NCBI GenBank assembly: GCA_001275005.1
Contig: JWZX01002871.1
Location: 1 to 53,903 of the forward strand
Direction: 5' to 3'
Source of the DNA: Chrysochromulina tobinii
Lineage: Eukaryota
Length of the DNA stretch: 53,903 nt
Shown here piece after piece: positions 24,037 to 35,645 of the stretch. The notes beneath the pieces were generated by a model, which was given only the letters and a program-made list of their open reading frames with translations, did not search any database and was not told where the DNA came from. Numbering within the stretch: position 1 is the stretch's first letter; each line of letters starts with the position of its first letter. Position numbers and translations under genes: made by a program.

Positions 24037-25606
24037 CGCCAACGCGCTCTCCGCTGCTGCCCCTGCTGCCGGAGCCGTCGATCTCCCCGTCGATCTCCCC
24101 GCCGTCCCCGGGACGAAAAGCTTCGCCATCGGGAGCAGCCCCGCGCCAGCCGCGCTGCCGTCGGTGCCGTACGGCTGGGTTTCGCACGTTTCGACGGTCA
24201 GTTCGCCCGTGAGTCACCATCCAAGCTCGCCCAACTTGTCTACCGCTTCTCCCTTTGGAACCCATGGTCTGCCGCCAGCGGGAGCCTCGCCGTTGCACAG
24301 CCACCGCAGCTCGACCAATGGCATCAATGGCACCAATGGCACACTGCCGATGGCCTCGTCGTACGATCGCTTCTCGCCGATGGCCTCGCCGCTGTGGCGC
24401 CCTTCGAAGCCGCTGCTGGATACTTCGGGTTCCGGGTACCTATCATCCGCCGACGGCTCTGCATGCAACAGCCCGTGCGTGGCCGCCACGCCAGCCTTTG
24501 GCGCCCCCTCGTCGGCAGCATCCTCCGCCACCGCCTCCCCTGCCGCTCTGGCGCTGCTGAAGGCCAAGCACCCGCCTCGAGCGGGAGCCACGGGCGGCGC
24601 CGGCGCGAGGTTCAATCTCGAGGCGGAGGTTCAATCTCGAGCGGGAGCCACGGGCGGCGCCGGCGCGAGTGCGCAGGGCGCGTCGCCGAGCGTTGCCGTC
24701 CCAGAGCAGTCCGCTCTGTCGTCAAAAGAGGCGGAGGGATCGGCTGGGGTGCCTGCGCTGGCTGTGGCGCCGGCTGAGCGGGCTGAGGAGCAGGAGGCAA
24801 CATGGATGACTCACACCAGCGTGCCGTCGGCGCCCGCGCTGCCGCTGCCCCTGACACGTCAGCAGCGCGCCGAACTGCGCTTGCAGAGGCGGCAGCACCC
24901 ACCATCGACACGGCCGCCGCCACCCGCGCCGCCGCCGGCTGCAGCCTCTGCTGAGAGCAGTCCCGCCAATGACGTCAGCGGCAGCCGCACTGTAACGGCC
25001 GGGAGTGCCGCGGCGCCAGCGCTCGTCCCGTCGGCGCTCGACACAGCGCCCGCCCCGTCGTTCCCCCCCGCGCAGCCAACGGCCGTGGCCTTCCCCGAGC
25101 GGCATGGATGGGCAGTGGCCAGTTCACAGCCACGGGAGCCGTGGCTGCCCGGGCCTGAGGCTGCAGCGGGAAGTGCCGCCTCGCCCGAGGCGTCGGCCGA
25201 GGCTGCCTGCGCGGCTCTGCTGAGTGCGGCTGGCGGAGCGAGTGGCCCGAGCGGTGCAGGAGCTGTGGGCAGCTGCGCTGAGCGCTTCAAGCGCCTGATG
25301 CTCGAGGAGGCTCGTCGTATGGATCGACAGCAAGAGCATCAGCACGGCCATAGCCACAGCCTGCACGCCCCTGAGAAAGGCCAGCCGGGCACGCTGCCAC
25401 CGCACCTGTCGCTGGCGCCGCTCTCGCCGCTCTCGCCGCTCGGGGAGAGGCGGCAGCGGCATGAGAGTGAGGAGGACGAGGAGGAGCGCCAAGAACTGAT
25501 GCTCGAGCTGCGACGCTTGCGCGCGGCCGCCAAGGAGAGGGAACGTATGGCTGCGGCGGGCGTCGCTGCCCAAGCGGCAGCAGGAGGAGCAGCAGCAACC
25601 CGATGA
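18251..25606 (+). CDS. NIMA/NEK-family Ser/Thr kinase with a very long low-complexity tail
   Basis: LGKGATSTV, AYK, HRDIKAEN, DLGLGR, GTPLYFSPE, PYNAKSDVWALGC; coiled coil near 20940-21260. Confidence 0.88.
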
Positions 25607-25969
25607 ATCGAATGTGATACGTGTCCGGAAACCCAACCTCGCATCGCCCTCGGCAAGGCCTATTAAACGAACCACAAGTCAGCGTTAACGAACGAACGTC
25701 CTATCCGGATATGATGATGTATATCTCCGCAGATAGGCGGCGGCGCGTGCAGGAGCCCCCAATGTAAATATTAATATGTCGTGTATTAGTGCGGATGATG
25801 TGTGTGCGTGCTGTGCGTGCGGCTTGTTATGCATTTCGAATTCGAGTATGGTCTGTCCACTGGCACGGCCGGTCCCGACTCCCGTCCAACGAACTGCTGC
25901 GCCGCTCTCGTCGCCCGGGCCTCTACGCGCGAAAAAAAGCAAACTTCGTAGCGCATGCCGCCGAAGCGG

Positions 25970-27178
25970 TCAGTAGGTGAACTCGCCGTGCTCGCTCTTG
26001 ACAATCACTTCGGGCTTGCCCTCCTTGGCCTCGACGCGCCCCACGACCTGTGCGTGGATGCCAAACTTCGCGCTCACGTCGATGATGGCTTGAGCCTGAT
26101 CGGCTGGCACGTAAAACTCGAGGCGGTGGCCGCAGTTGAAGACCTTGTACATCTCCTTCCACGCAGTACCCGAGCACTCCTGGATCATTCGGAAGAGCGG
26201 CGGCACTGGCAGCATGTTGTCCTTCACCACGCGCAGCCCGTCCACTAGAAAGTGCCCGATCTTGGACTGCGCGCCGCCACTGCAGTGGACCATCCCATGG
26301 ATGTGCTCACGTGGGATGAGATCGAGCACGGCCTTGACGACGGGTGCGTAGGTGCGCGTGGGGCTGAGCACGAGCTTGCCGACGGTCATGCCCGTCTCGG
26401 GTTCGATGTCCGTCAGCTTGTACTTACCGCTGTACACGAGAGCCGCCGGCACGGCAGGGTCAAAGCTCTCTGGGTATTGTGTCGCAAGGCTTTTCGTAAA
26501 CACGTCGTGGCGCGCGGAGGTGAGGCCGTTGCTGCCCATGCCGCCGTTGTACTCGGCCTCATACGTCGCCTGGCCGTACGATGCGAGTCCAACGACCACG
26601 TCGCCGGCGCGGATGCGGTCGTTGCTCAACACGTCGCGCCGGCGCATGCGCGCGGTCACCGTGCTGTCCACCACAACCGTGCGCACCAGGTCACCAATGT
26701 CGGCCGTCTCGCCGCCCGTGCTGATGATGCCGACGCCCGCATCGCGCAGGGTCTGCAGCACATGCTCGGTGCCTGCGATCAGCGCGCTCAGCACTTCGCC
26801 GGGAATGACGTTCTTGTTCCGCCCGATCGTGGAGGAGAGCAGAATGTTGTCGACGCAGCCTATGCACAGGAGGTCGTCAATGTTCATGATGACGGAGTCT
26901 TGTGCAATCCCGCGCCATACGCTTAGGTCGCCGGTCTCCTTCCAGTACATATATGCCAGGCTGCTCTTGGTGCCTGCACCATCGGCGTGCATGCATGTGC
27001 ACCACTCTGGATCACCCGCAATGTCGGGCACCACTTTGCAGAAGGCGCGCGGGAAAAGGCCCTTGTCCACATTGGCGATCGCAGTGTGCACGTCCTCTTT
27101 GGCTGCGCTGACGCCACGCGCCATGTACCGCTCGTCGGGCGCTGCGGGTGGCGGCGGCACAGGAGCGGTGTCGGCCAT
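25970..27178 (-). CDS. purM: Phosphoribosylformylglycinamidine cyclo-ligase (AIR synthase), bacterial-type
   Basis: RGVSAAKEDVH, HADGAGTKS, MNIDDLLC, GGETAD, GMGSNGLT, VHCSGG, EMYKVFNCG. Intronless. Confidence 0.93.
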   Translation of the reverse strand: MADTAPVPPPPAAPDERYMARGVSAAKEDVHTAIANVDKGLFPRAFCKVVPDIAGDPEWCTCMHADGAGTKSSLAYMYWKETGDLSVWRGIAQDSVIMNIDDLLCIGCVDNILLSSTIGRNKNVIPGEVLSALIAGTEHVLQTLRDAGVGIISTGGETADIGDLVRTVVVDSTVTARMRRRDVLSNDRIRAGDVVVGLASYGQATYEAEYNGGMGSNGLTSARHDVFTKSLATQYPESFDPAVPAALVYSGKYKLTDIEPETGMTVGKLVLSPTRTYAPVVKAVLDLIPREHIHGMVHCSGGAQSKIGHFLVDGLRVVKDNMLPVPPLFRMIQECSGTAWKEMYKVFNCGHRLEFYVPADQAQAIIDVSAKFGIHAQVVGRVEAKEGKPEVIVKSEHGEFTY

Positions 27179-27466
27179 AGGGATGAGCGTGACGCGCGAA
27201 CCACGTGCCGCAGTGCCACAGAGGCCAATTTCCGTGCGTCTCCCGTGAACGTTAACACGACAGACGCGACAGCCCGTGTGCTGTTCGTGTCATAGTGGAG
27301 TTGCGATTAATCTCCTCGATTGACGAAACTTGATTTTCCTTTGACAAACTTGTTATTGGCTCGGATAGAGAGCAGGAGGCGAAAGGCGCTTCGGCATTGC
27401 CGTCTACCAGCTCCAGCTCACTACAGCACACGCTCTAGCGCGGCTCCAGCTCACTACAGCACACGC

Positions 27467-30400
27467 ATGCCGCGTGACGACAAGACTCCAAGGAAAAAGA
27501 GCGAGGGAGGCAAGAAAAAGAGAGGCGGAAGCAAGAAGAACACCGATAAAAATGCGACAGTTCCTAATACGCCCGAAGACCTTGACGAGGGTCAACACAG
27601 GCCGAACTGGCTGTCGGATGCCGACATGGAGGCGTGGGCGTCCGATTTAGGTGGGCCGTCCAGCGAGGCGGATGGCGCGTCGCTGGGTGAATTGACGTTG
27701 TTGGAGGAGTCATTCGAGCCGTGCTCACCTGATGTTGACGTGCCGAAAACAGCGCCGCCAGCAGCACCGGCAACAGCATCAGGCATGTCGCCATATCTGG
27801 GGTCGCTCGCGGCCATGCGACCGTCCGTGAATTACTTCGTGCGCATTTGCTCCAGGCCATCAACACTCTCAGTCAGCTCGGCTCCCGCACCAGCGGCGAG
27901 CGATGCAGCCGCCGCAGCACCGACAGCAGCCGTGCCTCCTTCCCACAAGCCCTTCCGCGTGGGTGAGCATGGCTTCGCCCTGAATCCTTTCTTCAAGGAT
28001 GGGACACGGCTTCGGATCGACCCCAAGGTCGAGTCGGAGTTTAGCGACCAGTTCATCCTGAATGACCACGAGGTCGAGATTCTCGAGATCTCGGGCGAAG
28101 GATTCGTGCGGATTCGGGCAGCGGGTAAGGACGCCGATGACGGGGCCGAGGGCTGGCTACGTGAGACCAACCTCTCCCGTATCGAACGCAAGGCTGGGCT
28201 TGTCGGCGTGGAGGAGCTGGCGCAGATGGCCGTGGACGCCCTTGCGACGAGCGAAGTCAATGTGCGCGAGCTCGAGGCACAAGTGCGCATGGGGCACACC
28301 GAGCTGCTGCTTCGCGACGAGATGCTCGCAGATCGAGATAGCGATCTGGCTGAGCTTCGTGAGGAGCTCGCAGCGATGGAAGTGAAGCTGGCTAAGGTGG
28401 CGCACCTGGCGAGAGCGCCTCACGGAGAGGATCCAGAGCCGTTGGCCAGTGCGGGCGCCACGCCAGAGGCCCGGTCGGTACCGGTGGCCCAGTCAGTACG
28501 AGCCGAGCCGCCCTACGTCGCGCACCAAGGCTCGCCACGAAGATCTCCCATGCGGCGATCCGGCGGCGTTCATGGCGGCGAGGCCGAGTTCCAGGTTGGT
28601 GATAGGGTGTACATGCTGAACCCGTACTTCACCGATGGGACGCGGCTTCGAGTACGCCCCGATCAGGATGCCGACTTCAATGAGCAGTTCATCCTCAACG
28701 ACGCACCGATTGAGATCGTCGCGATTGAGAATGGCTTCGCGAGGGTGCGTGATCTGGACCATCCAGATGCCGAGGGCTGGGTCCGAGAGCGCAACCTGGC
28801 GCGCCATAAGCGCGAGAGCGGGCTGGCCAGGGTGCGCCGGTCACTGCTGGAGCATGGGAGGAGCGCATGGGAGGAGCGTCAGTCACTGCCTGAGCATTCT
28901 TCCGTCTCATCCGCTGCTGAGCATTCTTCCGTCTCGTCTGCTGCCGCCCCGTCGGCCGCCCCTGCCGCAGACGCAGCGGCGGCTCCGGCGGCGGCTCCGA
29001 CGGCGGCTCCGGCGGCGGCCGTGCGCCGACCGGACGAACAGATCTTGTCGAAAGCGACCTCTTCTGCCTACGAAGCCGCGACGAAGGCGCAGCGCATCGA
29101 GGAGCGAGCCAGGGAGATTGCCCATCAGCTCAAGACAGCGCTCGAGAAGGCCAATCTGAAGACGATTGAGCTCTTCCGGGACTGTGATGAGGATCGCAAT
29201 GGGACGGTCGACAAGAAGGAGTTCCAGACGGCGATGCTGCGCCTCGGAGTGCAGGCCACCAAGGAGGATCTCGCCGCCGTCTTCGATCGGTGGGACACGA
29301 GTAGCACGGGTACTTTGGACTTCAAAAGTTTCGACCACGCCATCCGGAGCGTCAAGGTCGTCCCGCCCGTCGAGACTGCCACGACCGCTAAGGACATCCA
29401 AAAGGCGCTACGAGAACGCATGCAAGGGAAGAAGACCGCCTTGCCACCCGCCCAGCCGCCGCCGCGCCCGCCCGCGCGCCGGCCAGCCGGAGGTGGCAGG
29501 GAGGAGGCGGACGAGAGAAAGGGCGGCGCGCAAGTGGGCCAGGCGGCGGTCCGTCGGAAAAAGGAGGAGAAGAAGGTAGAGGAGGGCGAGGGGCAGCAGT
29601 GGAACGTGGCTCAGTGGCTGCAGTCCCTTGCGCTGCACGACGTGGTCGCTGCTACCCTCGAGCTTCCGGAGGCTGGCCAGAAGCAGTTTCAATTTATGCG
29701 CGCGCTGGAGCGACCGCGGCTCGAGAAGCTGCTGAACGAGTCAGATCTGATCTCGAACATGTGCGACGTGATCATGGAAGGTGCGCGCTTTCTCACAAGC
29801 AGTGACCGAGGCAGCACCGTCGCCAACGACAAGTTCCAGGCGAGCGGCAAGTTCCAGATGAGCTATGGCTCGCTGAGCCTCTTCTACGGCGGCCTCGAGT
29901 CGCTCATCGGGCCGCCCAAGATGCTCAAAGGGTCCCTTTTCCACTCGATGGAGCAAGAGCATACGGGGGAGAGGGACGCGCGGTGTGAGTTCACCACGTC
30001 GAATGGCGTCACGTCTACATCGGCGATGGAATGGGAGGTGGTCATCAACCCGAAGGAGGAGACACGAGGCAAGTTTCGGGACCATGGGCTCGAGATTTAT
30101 CCGGAGCGCAAGGATTTTCGCGAGCTGTATCCCGACTGGTGCCGCGCGATCCGCCCAATCGACGAGATGATGGGCGTGATGGAGACGGAGTGCAATGCAC
30201 GGCTGCGCCACGAAGGGCACACGGAGCTCATCCGCGAGGAGCTCGTCGGCGGGAGATTGTACACGGGGCCCTTGTACGCCAAGTACAATGCGGTGCTTCG
30301 CTCCAAGTCGGGCGACGCGTGGCTCGTCGAGCAGTGTAAGCTGCTCACGCTGGGCAACACTTACACGACGACGATCCACGCCATCAACTCGTGCGTCATC

Positions 30401-32116
30401 AAGCTGTCGAAGCTGACCAAGGCAGTCAAGGTGTGGCGCGGCATCAAGGATGCGAAGCTGCCCAAATCATTTTGGGTCGCGAATTCGATGGGCGTGCGCG
30501 GCGGCATTGAGTACGGCTTCTCGTCGACGACAACTGATAAGGAGCAGGCGCTGCACTATGCCGGCGCCGAAGACGCCCATACTCATCACTTGTCGACGGT
30601 CTTCGAGATGCAGATGGGCATGGTCGACCGCGGCGCCGATCTGACGTGGCTCTCGCAGTACCCACACGAGCGCGAGGTGCTGCTCCCGCCTCTGACCGGC
30701 TTGGAGGCCCTTGAGACGCGCGTCTCGAGCGGGATGCTCGTCATCCAGGCGCGCCTCTCGCTCAACATGGCTGCCCACACGCTCGAGCAGGTGCTCCCCT
30801 CTGATGACCTCTGATGACCTCTGATGACCTCTTGATGACCGCTTGATGACCGCTGATGACCTCTGATGACGCTCGAGCAGGTGCTCCCCTCTGATGACCT
30901 CTGATGACCTCTGATGACCTCTGATGACCTCTTGATGACCGCTGATGACCTCTGATGACGCTCGAGCAGGTGCTCCCCTCTGATGACCTCTGATGACCTC
31001 TGATGACCTCTTGATGACCGCTGATGACCTCTGATGACGCTCGAGCAGGTGCTCTCGCGCCGTCGCAAGATGCTCATGGACATGCGCGATGGCATCGGGC
31101 TCGAGCTGCGCGACGTGCTAGACACCAAGCTCGCGCCGTTTAGCGTGGACGTCCTCTCGCACGCGATGGATTTCGACGCGCTCAAGCACGAGCCCGAGTG
31201 GTTCAACAACGACGAGAACTTTGCGAAGGTGATGCAGTCGACGCTCCGGCTGCAGCATAACATCGTCAAGGAGGCGTCCAAGCTGCACGGTCATCTCGAG
31301 AAACCCGAGATCTCCTTTCACAAGTGGGCGGAGCGCGGGCTACACGGCTCGCGTGCCACGATGCTCGTCGGGTGGGTGCTCACACGGGATGCGAGTTTGA
31401 CGAATCCCGTCGACGTGGCCCTCGATCTGCGGGATGCGAGCTTGACGTCCGAAGATGGCCTCGTGCTCGCCGAAGCGTTTCGGACCATTGAGACGATCAC
31501 CTCGATCGACGTGCGGGGCAACCCAGCCCTTGAGGGCGAGGCCGTCGCGGCGATCGTCGAGGCGATGAAGAACGAGAAGCCTGGGAAGCCGCGCTCCATC
31601 TGCGGCGTCACCCCACAGAACACGAGGCTCGAGGTGCCACGCAACTTTGCGGGCGCGTCGGAGTCTGTCGACACGGCGCTCATCGTCGCAGAGCTCGAGA
31701 GCCACTTTTACTCGGAATCGGTCACTGCGGGCATGGGCGGCCCCGTCTCCGTGGACGTGGTTCCGCTCAACCGACGCGGCGGGTTTGGCGCGGCCGAAAA
31801 GGGTGGCTGGCTGCCGCTGATCTGGGCCGCTAAGATGAACCACATGCAAATTGGAAGGCAGATGATCCGTAACGGCACCAATGTCAATGTACAAGAGCCG
31901 GCGGGCGCAAAGTCGAAAAAGTACACAGCGCTCCATCAGGCGTGCTATCTGGGGCATCTTGAGTTTGCGAAGATGTTGCTTGACGCGGGTGCCGACCAGA
32001 GCATCCAGGACGTGTCTGGGCAGACTGCCAAGCAGATTGCTGACAAGAAGGGCCACACGCAAGTGACCAAACTCCTCGAGGGGTATAAAGCCCCGCAAAA
32101 GAAGCGCGCGGCGTAG
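27467..32116 (+). CDS. Multidomain mono-ADP-ribosyltransferase: 2x SH3-like, coiled coil, EF-hand pair, ART, degenerate LRR, ankyrin repeats; exons 27467-30790, 31049-32116
   Basis: R-S-E motifs VWRG, GFSSTT, SQYPHEREVL; EF loops DEDRNGTVDKKE and DTSSTGTLDFKS; ankyrins PLIWAA and TALHQAC. The intron 30791-31048 restores TLEQ|VLSRRRK. Confidence 0.85.
30791..31048 (+). other. Compound intron: three GT...AG units of (CTGATGACCT)n separated by copies of the exon junction
   Basis: ACGCTCGAGCAG|GTGCTC at 30779, 30869, 30958 and 31037; units of 90, 89 and 79 nt. Confidence 0.9.
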
Positions 32117-32600
32117 ATTAAATCTTAGAGTGCTGAGAGTCCTCAGAAAGCGAGCGTGTCACACAGTCGATTCGAGCAGACCGACGAATGCAACGCGGAT
32201 ATCCAGAAGGATATCCATTTCACGGTGTTGAAGGTATTAATTTTGCCACACGCCGACGTCGCAACGCCGCACGCCCGGGCGCGGCAACCGAACCGGTCAA
32301 CCGAGAAACGCGGACAGTTACGTGTTACGATCGGATATTTACATATAGCAACTCCTGAGTCGATTGGCAGGTTGGATACAGCATGAGCATTATCAAACGA
32401 TTGCGCAAGCCTTGGGCCGGCAAGCGTTCACCAACACGCTATCTTTCCAACAACCAACCTATGTTTAAGCTCTTAACATGTAAACATCGAGTTAAATGTA
32501 GAGTATAGCTCACATTCGAAACCTGGAAGAGATTTTTGCTAAAATCACTTTGTCTCGCCGGCGGCGATTTCTGGTAGGGGGGTAGGTCTGACCTTCCCCC

Positions 32601-35600
32601 ATGTTTCTGGACAGACTTCGCGTATCGTCAAGTCTCGCGGGCCGGCCGGCGCGCGCTCTCGCGGAAATCTCTTCACTGGACGGCGGAGAGAAGACTTCAG
32701 GGCATACCCCAGGATTTCTGGTCTTCACACGTGTCTTGACTTCACTTGTCGTGTCTCTCGCGGAAAATCTCACATCCTCTGGACGGCGGAAAGACCCTTT
32801 TCGCTTGACCAGCTATCGGACAATGTCTCGGCCGATTTCGACTCCATCGTGCGGCGCAGTGCGGCCGGCGTCGCCTCCTGCAAGGAGGTGCTAGGCTTGA
32901 TGCGTGCTCGACAGGCCACTGAGGAGGCGTACGGACAAGCACTGCTGAAGCAGGGCCGCAGCGCCGCCGGCCTCATGGGTGCCACTCCCGACGCTGATCG
33001 AACCCGCCACCGTTGTGTTTGGGCTCTCACGGTGCTGTCTTTCGTCCGTCTGCAGAGCGTGGCACGTGCCGGATGGGTCTCGTCGCCTTCAAGTCCCAGT
33101 CCGAGAAGAGCGCCGTGCTGCACATGCAACTGGCTGCACATCTCTCTGCGGATGTGACGGCGCTCACCTACCTGCGCGATCGGTGCGCCAACGCACACCG
33201 CGCGCTTGTCGCCGAGAATGCCAGCCATGTGCGCGACATGCGCACGAGCAAGGCGGCGCTGCAGAAGGCGCGCGCATGGCACGCCCGAGCTACAAATGAG
33301 TTGGATGCGCTCGCGGAGCTGGAGGGCTCTGAGCTAGCTGGCGAGGAGGGCGGCACGGCCGCATCGGTGTCACCCCCGCCGGTCAGTGCGTCGAGCCGCG
33401 CCTTTGCTTCGGCCATGCTCGACGAGCCGCCGTCTCCGGACCTGCGCAGAGTGAACACGGACCGCGCGCTGCAGCTCGGACTGCGTGAGGTCGAGGCAAG
33501 CTCTGCAGCGCTCAGTGAGAGCCTGCGTCAGCACCTCGAGGCGGTGCGCCTCATGAGCGCCTCGCTGCCCAAGCTCCTCTCAGGCTTTGAGCGAGGCGAG
33601 GGGCAGCGGATTGACTCGATCAAAATGGCTTTGAAGAAGCTCATCAATGCGCAGGTGTGAACTGGGGCGCTGCGAAGCACTGCCTTCGACGACGCACCCT
33701 GCACCCAGTACCCTTCCCCTCCCCTTCCCTCCCCCCCCTCACCCCCTCACCCCCTCACCTCCCCTCCCCCCCCTCTCCCGTTGCAAACCCCTTCTGCTCG
33801 CCCTCTCCTACTCCACCGCCGCAGGAGGCCATGCTCTCGCAGCAGCGCCCTTCGCTCTATGCGACCGCAGACTTGGTCGACGCGATCGATCAGTGTGAAG
33901 ATGTCTCCTCGTTCACACGCGACCTCTCCTCCGCGCAGCAGGCGCACCTGATCGTGCAGCTCATCGACGAGCAGGCACGCCAGCTCCGCCACCTCGATCC
34001 CAAGCACCCAATGGGCCCCGATACCCACCTGCCGTTACGCCCACTCGTACCCGCCGTCGCCTCGAGGACCATGGTAGCTGGCGCTGTCGCGGGCACAATG
34101 GTCGGTGGCGTGGCGGGCGGCGTGGCGGGCGCGGTCGCGGGCACGATGGTCGGCAGTGTGGCGAGCACCGTCGCCAGCAGCATGGCCAACCGACTCGGGG
34201 AGAGCGTCGCAGGCACCGTGGCCAGTAGCATGGCCCACAGAGTGGCGGGCAGCGTCGCCGGTACTGTGGTGAGTGGCGGGCTAACTCGCGCGGGTGAGAC
34301 CATGGCCGCCGCGCGCGCGGCCGCGGCCGCCGCTGCCGCCGCTCCGATGGCCAGGCTAGGGGATAGCGTCGCGGGCAGCGTCGTTAGCGGCGGCTTGACC
34401 CGTGCAGGTGCAACGACTTCTGATGACCACTGATGACCTCTGATGACCACTGATGAGCCCTGATGACCTCTGATGATCACTGCAGGTGCGGCGATCGCCG
34501 ATGACCACTGATGACCTCTGATGACCACTGATGAGCCCTGATGACCACTGATGACCCGTGCAGGTGCGATGATCAACGATGACCACTGATGAGCACTGAT
34601 GAGCCCTGATGACCTCTGATGACCACTGATGACCACTGATGACCCCTGATGACCTCTGATGACCCCTGATGACCCCTGATGACCTCTGATGACCCCTGAT
34701 GACCTCTGATGACCTCTGCAGGTGCGACGATCACCGCCGCCCGTGCCGCCGCCGCCGCAGTCACGGAAGATCCCGTGGCCGCAGCGCGCGCCGCCGCCGC
34801 CGCCGCCTCCAGCGCCGCCTCCAGCGCCGCCTCAGGAGAGGTTCCGAATCTCAAGGCGGTGGATCGGGCTGTGAAGGTGACGAAGAATCGGCTCGTGCGC
34901 AATTCGCACGACGAGCTCGTCCTTGAGGGCGACACGAAGGTGAGGATCGAGCCGCTCGGCCACGGGAGCGGCGGTAGCGGCAGCAGCAGTGGCGGTGGCG
35001 GCGGCGAAGGGAGCGGCAGCAGCAGCGGCGGCAGCGGCAGCGGCAGCAGTAGCGGCCCCGGCGCGTCCGTCCCCGCCACGAGCATCGGTGGTGGCGGGCT
35101 CGACCGGCCCGACATCGAGCTTAGCATGCAAGTGCAGCACGCCGCCCTGTTCACGAGCTCAGCCGACGCGCTCGATGCGCCGCTGGGCATCAACCTGACC
35201 GTGGTGCTCGTTGGCGCATCGGGCGCCGTCGCGGGCGGCCACGCGGCCGTCGAGGGCGCCGTCGAGGGCGCCGTCGCGGGCGCCGTCGCGGGCGCCTCGG
35301 CAGTACAGAGGCTCGATCTCGAGATCGGGAGCTCGCCAGATCGCATCTCGTGCGAGCTCGTGTGCGACGCGCCCACGTTCGTGGCCATCGCGCGCGGGCT
35401 ACTGCCCTCCTCGGTGGCGGTCCTCACCCGCCTGGCGAGTACCACCAACCTCGCGGCGCTCCTCGCGCTGCAGCGGGCACACGTGTGGGAACGCGAGCGT
35501 TACATCTCCTTCGTCGCCGAGAGAGCGTGCGCCGCGCGTAACCGACGGCGCGCGGAGCCGTTGGGAGCATCCACGGGCCCAGCCACTCCCGCCCGGAACG

Positions 35601-35609
35601 GCGCCGCAG

Positions 35610-35645
<36 letters not shown>

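Noticed and set aside
18484..25675. Numerous long overlapping and antisense ORFs
   Set aside because: Shadow ORFs expected at high GC opposite real genes; no domain motifs.
30800..31040. Hammerhead ribozyme suggested by repeated CTGATGA
   Set aside because: No GAAA core partner or flanking stems; better explained as a branch-point-like microsatellite.
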